DNA of 64,000 nt from an uncultured delta proteobacterium (GTDB lineage Bacteria > Desulfobacterota > WTBG01 > CAIYCZ01 > CAIRTM01), in NCBI GenBank assembly GCA_963804955.1, contig CAWDSQ010000001.1:17879-81878 (forward strand), in the 5' to 3' direction. Under the pieces are notes generated by a model. The model was not told where the DNA came from and made no database searches. It was given only the letters and a program-made list of their open reading frames with translations. The stretch's first letter is position 1. The number at the start of each line of letters is the position of its first letter. The position numbers and the translations under genes are program-made. This document shows, piece by piece, positions 58,478-64,000 of this stretch.

Positions 58478-60403
58478 TTGCTGGGATTGGAGCAGTTTAG
58501 GCATGCAAATTTTTTTTACAGCCTTTTTTTTCTGTTTTTATTCTCGGCCTGCTGGCTCCTGGCCCACCGCATGTGGCGCCGAAATTTTTTGTTGTGTGGC
58601 CCCTTGGCGATGGGAATCCTTGTTGGCCTCCAATCCGTTTTGCTTAACCTTCTCTCTCCGTTCTGTGCCGTGTCCCAACTCTCGCTGTTGGGCGGCAACA
58701 TGCTTTTCATCATGGCCGTCATTTTTGCCGAGATCCGTCGCGTAGGAGCAAAAGGCGTGTTGCAGAAATACGGCGACCTTCTTAAATGCCAGGTGGATCT
58801 GTGGACCGGCCGGTCCAACCCATTAGCCTTGTTCGTTGCACCGCTTTTGATCATACTGCTTTGCACGGCCTTAGTGTATCCGCCCAACAACTTTGATAGT
58901 ATGACCTATCACATGGCCCGCGTCGTCTACTGGATCCAAAATGGTTCCGTGGCCTATTACCCAACACCGTATGACCCGCAGAATCTAATGAGTCCCGGCG
59001 CGGAGTACGTTATCCTGCTTTTGCAATTGCTTTCCGATACTGACGTCTTCGCCAATTTGGTTCAGTTTTTATCGTTTTATTTACTCATTTCGGCCATGCC
59101 ATCCTTTTTGCGTCTCCTTGGAATACGCAGACGCATCGCCAACTGGGGCCTCATTCTTGCCGCTACTCTGCCCATGGGCGTTTTACAAGCGACCAGCACT
59201 CAAACGGATCTAGTTGCAGCCTGTTTGGGCCTGGCCCTGTGTGCCGGGGCTCTGCGGCTATGGCATAAAACTTTGCGTGAGAAAAGGTCGAAGCTCGATA
59301 TCATGGCTCTGGCGCTCATGCTGGCAACGGGCTTTCTTGTTAAGCCGACATCGATCGTGGCGGCATTTCCCTTTCTGATAATGGCAGCCATGTGTTACGG
59401 AATGAACTTGATCCGCCGGCCGAAATTGTGGGGCAGGCAGGTCATAAATCTGCTGTTGGGAGTGCTTGTGGTCTCGGCCATCGCCGGACCTGATCTGTAT
59501 CGGAAAAAAGAGGCCTCTGGTTCGTTTACGGGGTCTCGTGGGGAGGCGTTTCCGTTGATTGGAGAATGGAAACAGAAAGTTTTGAACCCGGTGGAATGTA
59601 TTACATTCCATGTTATCCCCACGGAATGGTTTTATAAAAATATCGTAAAGCCGTTCGGCGGTTTCTTGAAATGCCCGACTTTTCCTCAACCTGCGCATAT
59701 GTTTCGTCTTCATGAAGATTTTGTTGGCAATTGTTTCCACATGATTTTTGCGGGGGTTGCAATTCTGCTGTTTTTATTCCGTTTTCCGTGGATTCCGCGT
59801 CCGGCAAGATGGAGTGTTTGTTTTGTGTGCGTCTCCTGGATTTTTCTGCACGTCACGGTTCGTTACCAGCCGTTTATTCCCCGCCTGGAAACGCCGGTTT
59901 TTATGCTGTTCCCCTGCTTTTTAGCCGCTTGGGCCCCAATCCCAAAAGTTCGACTGGTTCGTTTCTTTTTTGCGGCTATTTTAATCGTCAGCACCATGGC
60001 CTGTCTTTCTTACGGGATTATAGCGGCAGTCCGCAACGAAACTCGTCCTTTGAAATTGACCGACTTTTGGCTGCTTGACCGAGATTCTTCTTATTATGCG
60101 AACCTGACAGCTTGGAAGCCGAAGCATGATGCGGTCATTGAAGCGGTGCAACAAATGAAGGTTAAAAAGGTTGGCTTGCTAATCGGCCCGGATTATGATT
60201 ATCCTTTAACCTGGCGCCTATATCGCATAAGCGTTGAGGTGCGGCACGTAGCCGGATATTGGGATCTGGAGTGGGCAGATATAGTGTTTGCCCCTAAAAG
60301 CAGGCCGCCGGCGACAAAAGAGTGGCCAGTGTATAGGGGAAATTATTCAATACTGATTAACCCGCAATTCGAGAAAAAAGCATTGAAGGAAAATGCACCA
60401 TAA
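58478..60403 (+). CDS. Large polytopic membrane protein, probable GT-C fold glycosyltransferase
   Basis: 641-aa ORF with a TTG start (start uncertain) and more than 12 hydrophobic spans. The first periplasmic loop reads YPPNNFDSMTYHMARVVYWIQNGSVAYYPT, resembling the D-x-x-x-Y..A loop of ArnT/PMT-like enzymes. The C-terminal domain is soluble. Confidence 0.5.
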   Translation: MLGLEQFRHANFFYSLFFLFLFSACWLLAHRMWRRNFLLCGPLAMGILVGLQSVLLNLLSPFCAVSQLSLLGGNMLFIMAVIFAEIRRVGAKGVLQKYGDLLKCQVDLWTGRSNPLALFVAPLLIILLCTALVYPPNNFDSMTYHMARVVYWIQNGSVAYYPTPYDPQNLMSPGAEYVILLLQLLSDTDVFANLVQFLSFYLLISAMPSFLRLLGIRRRIANWGLILAATLPMGVLQATSTQTDLVAACLGLALCAGALRLWHKTLREKRSKLDIMALALMLATGFLVKPTSIVAAFPFLIMAAMCYGMNLIRRPKLWGRQVINLLLGVLVVSAIAGPDLYRKKEASGSFTGSRGEAFPLIGEWKQKVLNPVECITFHVIPTEWFYKNIVKPFGGFLKCPTFPQPAHMFRLHEDFVGNCFHMIFAGVAILLFLFRFPWIPRPARWSVCFVCVSWIFLHVTVRYQPFIPRLETPVFMLFPCFLAAWAPIPKVRLVRFFFAAILIVSTMACLSYGIIAAVRNETRPLKLTDFWLLDRDSSYYANLTAWKPKHDAVIEAVQQMKVKKVGLLIGPDYDYPLTWRLYRISVEVRHVAGYWDLEWADIVFAPKSRPPATKEWPVYRGNYSILINPQFEKKALKENAP

Positions 60404-61064
60404 AATCCAATAACGTCCGGCTGCGGCGGATGTGGTCAAAAAGCCTGCACGCAGAAGTTGTTTCTGAAAATGACGGTATGAGAATAAAATAGGGGGACAA
60501 ACAGTCCCAACGCCTTCGGCAACGGCAAAGAGATTGCAGAGCAGAAACCTTTCGTATCAGAACCGAAGACTGACATCTACTTCGTCAATGCTGCCATTTC
60601 TGTGAACTGGGGGGGAACCAGAACAGCAATAGGTTGCTGCAGCAGGTCAAGGCCACTCTCTGACGCCAAAACAGCCGCTTAAATTTCTTCAATATTCGTT
60701 AGGCTCAAACAGCCCCCGATTTTCATGGGTTCTTCCGGGAACACGCTGCGGGGTCAGGGAATGTCTGCCGGGGCAAAAAAAACAGTTTGGAGTCAAAAAT
60801 AAAATTGCTAATTGAGTTTTTTCAGGATATTAATTAAATAGTTGAATTGTTTCAGTTTCTAACCAAAAGCCATCAGGCAAGAACTGTTTATGAACGTGCA
60901 TAAGCTTGTTCACAACGGCCTGCTGTTTTTTATTTATTTGTAATCGGTTAATCGAAGGCAGGACCTTCAATTAACCGTTGGGATAAGCACACACCAAACC
61001 ATAATGTAATGCCACACACACCGGGAGGTACGTATGAGAGAGAGACAAATGCTTTCGTCTGCTT

Positions 61065-62783
61065 ATGACCGCAGTCATTTTTACTTGGTGCCTCAGCGGT
61101 TTGCTGATTACTACGCAGGCCCGGGCCACAACCGACCCATGGCTTTCATGGAGGCATGATCTGCAAAATACCGCAGCAGTGCCTGACCGGGGCTATCCGA
61201 TCAGCGCAAAACTGCTGTGGGACCGCCCCCGTGGCAATGAGGCCGCCACAACTATGCGCGCGCGCTGTTCGACACCCGTAGTTGTGGGCAACGATATCGT
61301 ATTTACAACAGGCAACGGAGGAGTTGTTGAAGCCCTCGATCAAAAAACCGGGGCGTTAATCTGGACAAAAACATATACCTGGATCCCCACACCACCCGAA
61401 CCAGAGGATGCGAAGCCGGACTGGTGCCAGGGTTCTACCCCCAATCTCGAGACCAACCTGGGCGTCTGCGCCAACATAAGCGGGGACTGCCCGGACTGGT
61501 GCTATGAGTGCAAGTCAACACCAAACGATTGCACAGCCACATCCTTAGTAAACCCGCTGCAGTTTCCTCCTACTGCCGGGGTTTTTGTTGCAGGCGCCAC
61601 CATTGATGCCGAAGGTGACCGTGTTTATTATGGAACCATGGATGGCAGGTTTATTGCTACGAAGCTATCTACTGGAGATCAGGTATGGGAAAAGCAGCCC
61701 TGGAAAGAGCCGGGCGGGCCAAACGAAGGCAGGAAATGGTATGATCAGAAATTTGCCTGGCATCTGTCTCCGCCGTCCGTATCCGATGGCAAGCTGTTCT
61801 TCGGGTCTTTTCTGCCGAGCTTTTACTGGGTGTTCAAGGCATTCCCGTTTATCCTCGATGCCAACGGCCACAGCATTCCCGGCTGGCCGTCATTTGAAAA
61901 AGACTACAAGATGTACTGGGTAGGCCGCGACGGCTTTACCTACGCTGCCGACAAAAACACCGGCGATATTCTGTGGACCTGGGACCCCGGCGGATGCGGT
62001 GTAACCAACATTCCCCCGGTTGCTGACGGCAAAGTATTTTTCAATGCTGATACCGTTATTGACTATCACTATGGCCAGATGGCGGCCTGTGATGTGAACA
62101 CCGGCGAAAAGCTCTGGCATGTGGGCCCGATCCCCCTGGCGCAGGGCGGCAACCCGTCCATTTCAGTGCCGCATAATACTATCTTTTATCCTGAAGGAGA
62201 TGGCGCAATATGGGCTGTAGACCTGACCACGGGCCAGGTCAAATGGACCTATCACGGCGGGTTCAGCGTCAAGGGCGCCACCGGCTGCGCCTCCTCTCTG
62301 GCAATTGATGAGCGCCGCGGCTGGGTGCTCGGGGCTTCCGATACGGGGCACATATTCGTGCTGTGTATGAAGACCGGCCGGTTGATCAGAGAAACGTATA
62401 TGGGCTTGCCGAACTGGAAGCCCAAAGACGGGCAGCCAAGAGACGGCTACTGGTTCCCCGGCGCCAGCGCCATGGCGATAGTTCCAGCCCAGGGGCTGCT
62501 CTACATAAGCGGCACCGACTTTGCTCAGGCATGGCAGGAGAGCGGCACCAAAGGCAGGGAAAAGCTTTTCTGCTTCAACTATGCTGCATGGGCTAACACC
62601 ATAAAGCAGGTCTGGGATTATCAGTTTATAGCCGACGATGGCAGCGAGCTTATCGTCAAGGGGCATTCTCCGTACCAGGTATCTTTCTACACCCTGGGCT
62701 CGGTTGCCCTGGCAGACGGCCATGTCTACTACGGTTCCTATAACGGACACGTCTACTGCTTTGGCAACGGTTTCAGGAACTAA
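61065..62783 (+). CDS. Secreted PQQ-like (BamB-type) beta-propeller repeat protein
   Basis: Signal peptide MTAVIFTWCLSGLLITTQARA. Repeated blades of the type GGVVEALDQKTGALIWTK, YYGTMDGRFIATKLSTGDQVWEK, AADKNTGDILWTW, ACDVNTGEKLWHV, AVDLTTGQVKWTY, VLCMKTGRLI and YYGSYNGHVYCF. Confidence 0.75.
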   Translation: MTAVIFTWCLSGLLITTQARATTDPWLSWRHDLQNTAAVPDRGYPISAKLLWDRPRGNEAATTMRARCSTPVVVGNDIVFTTGNGGVVEALDQKTGALIWTKTYTWIPTPPEPEDAKPDWCQGSTPNLETNLGVCANISGDCPDWCYECKSTPNDCTATSLVNPLQFPPTAGVFVAGATIDAEGDRVYYGTMDGRFIATKLSTGDQVWEKQPWKEPGGPNEGRKWYDQKFAWHLSPPSVSDGKLFFGSFLPSFYWVFKAFPFILDANGHSIPGWPSFEKDYKMYWVGRDGFTYAADKNTGDILWTWDPGGCGVTNIPPVADGKVFFNADTVIDYHYGQMAACDVNTGEKLWHVGPIPLAQGGNPSISVPHNTIFYPEGDGAIWAVDLTTGQVKWTYHGGFSVKGATGCASSLAIDERRGWVLGASDTGHIFVLCMKTGRLIRETYMGLPNWKPKDGQPRDGYWFPGASAMAIVPAQGLLYISGTDFAQAWQESGTKGREKLFCFNYAAWANTIKQVWDYQFIADDGSELIVKGHSPYQVSFYTLGSVALADGHVYYGSYNGHVYCFGNGFRN

Positions 62784-62860
62784 GCAGCAGCGAATGCTTC
62801 GCAGACTGCGCGATGGGGCTGCGTCGAGGGTCTGATAGTTAACCAGAGGTTTTATAGAAA

Positions 62861-62909
62861 AGTCGGCTTTCAGGTCAATACGTCACCCGGCAGGGAAGCC
62901 GACTTTTTT
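62861..62909 (+). terminator. Possible rho-independent terminator
   Basis: AGTCGGCTT (62861-62869) pairs with AAGCCGACT (62896-62904) and is followed by a T run (to 62909). The loop is long (26 nt). Confidence 0.4.
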
Positions 62910-62928
62910 ACTTGAACGGACCATTACC

Positions 62929-63720
62929 ATGCACAGAGTTTTTTATTGCACCTGCGTTCTTGCCCTGCTGATAAACGGGTGCAAACTCCTTCCGGCGACT
63001 GAAGGCAGAAAAGATTTCAATGAAGCAGTAATCCTTTACAAAAAAGGTGACTGCGAAAATGCTTCCTTGAAATTTACCGAAGCCCTGCAGAAGGATGCTG
63101 ATCTCCGGGAGTGCTATGTGTATCTGGCAGAGTGCAGCCTGAAACAGGGGAACCCGGAAGCTGCTTTAAAATCAGCTGAGCAGGCCATGGCCGGCGGGGC
63201 AAAGGATGCCGACGTCAGCAGCAGGCTGAAAACTGTTTTGACTGCCGGCGGCCAGAGCGCCATTGACAAGAAGCAGAGTGACCTTGCGGTCCGGTTTTTC
63301 CAGGACGCAGTAACCCTTGATCAAAACGACTGTCGACTGCACCTCTGGCTGGGCAAAGCGCTGCTGGAGCGGGGCAATAAAGAGGACATGAAGGCGGCCA
63401 TCATAGAATTTAAAACTGCCGTAAGCGCATCGGCCAGTCCCGCGCAGACTACGGCGCTGATACGCAGCGCCCTGTTCGCGCGAGCTGAACAGTATGCCGC
63501 TCAGGGCGATACGTATACGCAATCCCGGTGCTACCTTGCCTATACGGAAAACTTCAACAAGGATGATGTCGAGGCCTGCGTAAATCTCGGAAAACTGTTT
63601 TACCAGACGGACAACCCGATAGGGGCTCTGCACTATGCGAAAAAGGCCTATGCCCTGGACCCTGAAAATAAAGCGGCCATGGAGCTCATATATGAGTTGA
63701 ACACCCCCATGCAGCATTAA
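62929..63720 (+). CDS. TPR-repeat lipoprotein
   Basis: MHRVFYCTCVLALLINGCKLL (signal peptide plus lipobox Cys), then several 34-aa TPR-like units (e.g. AVILYKKGDCENASLKFTEALQKDADLRECYVYLAECSLKQGNPEAAL). Confidence 0.7.
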   Translation: MHRVFYCTCVLALLINGCKLLPATEGRKDFNEAVILYKKGDCENASLKFTEALQKDADLRECYVYLAECSLKQGNPEAALKSAEQAMAGGAKDADVSSRLKTVLTAGGQSAIDKKQSDLAVRFFQDAVTLDQNDCRLHLWLGKALLERGNKEDMKAAIIEFKTAVSASASPAQTTALIRSALFARAEQYAAQGDTYTQSRCYLAYTENFNKDDVEACVNLGKLFYQTDNPIGALHYAKKAYALDPENKAAMELIYELNTPMQH

Positions 63721-63856
63721 GGGGTATTGCTGTTGCGCAGATGACGCGTGACCTTGATCCCTCTTTAGTTTTTTTGTTGGTGGAATCAGCAAGTGCTTAC
63801 ATCCCGGAAGCGGGGACGCAACAATAAAACAATGCTGTAATGAAAGGGAAAATACC

Positions 63857-64000
63857 ATGAAAAAAAAATCGGCACTAACGGCGATAGCGCTCTGTACGCT
63901 TTTGTTTATTCCCTGCCTGGCATCGGCAGCCCCCAACTGTCCGCTCTGGCTTGGAACATGGGAGGTGAAATACGCCGACAACAGCACGCGAATCTGGAAA
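63857..64000 (+). CDS. 5' part of a gene for a secreted protein (runs off the window)
   Basis: MKKKSALTAIALCTLLFIPCLASAAPNCPLWLGTWEVKYADNSTRIWK: a signal peptide with an A-S-A cleavage motif. The frame is open to the window end. Confidence 0.5.
   Translation, partial: MKKKSALTAIALCTLLFIPCLASAAPNCPLWLGTWEVKYADNSTRIWK

Noticed and set aside
1-64000. Search for rRNA, tRNA, CRISPR arrays, integrase or recombinase genes and prophage genes
   Set aside because: I recognised none by eye in any non-coding gap. A covariance-model scan (tRNAscan/Infernal) would be needed to exclude small RNAs and riboswitches.

Overview
Hand annotation of a 64-kb window that looks like an anaerobic, probably Desulfobacterota-type chromosome. 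That taxon guess rests only on gene content and repeat flavour and is unverified. No rRNA, tRNA or CRISPR array was found.

The window has four blocks:

(1) 1-30.6 kb: a compositionally mosaic cell-surface glycan locus.
- A Wzm/Wzt ABC exporter.
- Several GT2/GT4/GT8 glycosyltransferases and two methyltransferases.
- Fcl and a DegT aminotransferase-GT2 fusion.
- GT-C type membrane glycosyltransferases.
- A complete GDP-D-glycero-alpha-D-manno-heptose operon (gmhA, hddA, gmhB, hddC) with a transaldolase and three tailoring redox enzymes.

(2) 31.4-37.7 kb: a four-subunit 2-oxoacid:ferredoxin oxidoreductase (porGDAB). It is translationally coupled to NuoE-, NuoF- and NuoG-like NAD(H)/Fe-S subunits.

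(3) 38-56.3 kb: a lipid or pigment locus.
- It carries the accessory and export gene set of aryl-polyene/flexirubin/xanthomonadin clusters: adenylating ligase, hot-dog dehydratase, FabG, LolA-like protein, lipoprotein, thioesterase, GT2, MMPL exporter, methyltransferase and LpxL-type acyltransferase.
- It has an MIO ammonia-lyase but no ketosynthase or ACP in the window.
- Extra components are two cobalamin-type radical SAM enzymes, a Dak2-DegV (FakA/FakB-like) fusion and an exporter-methyltransferase fusion.

(4) 56.3-64 kb: a 1.6-kb hicAB + brnA-like toxin-antitoxin islet bounded by ~245-bp direct repeats that duplicate the 3' end of the acyltransferase gene. After it come a GT-C membrane protein, a PQQ-like beta-propeller protein and a TPR lipoprotein.

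Cross-cutting features:
- Roughly fifty 1-nt frameshifts, often at homopolymers and unevenly distributed.
- Several families of short palindromic, MITE-like intergenic repeats.
- A vapBC module and an IS transposase relic.
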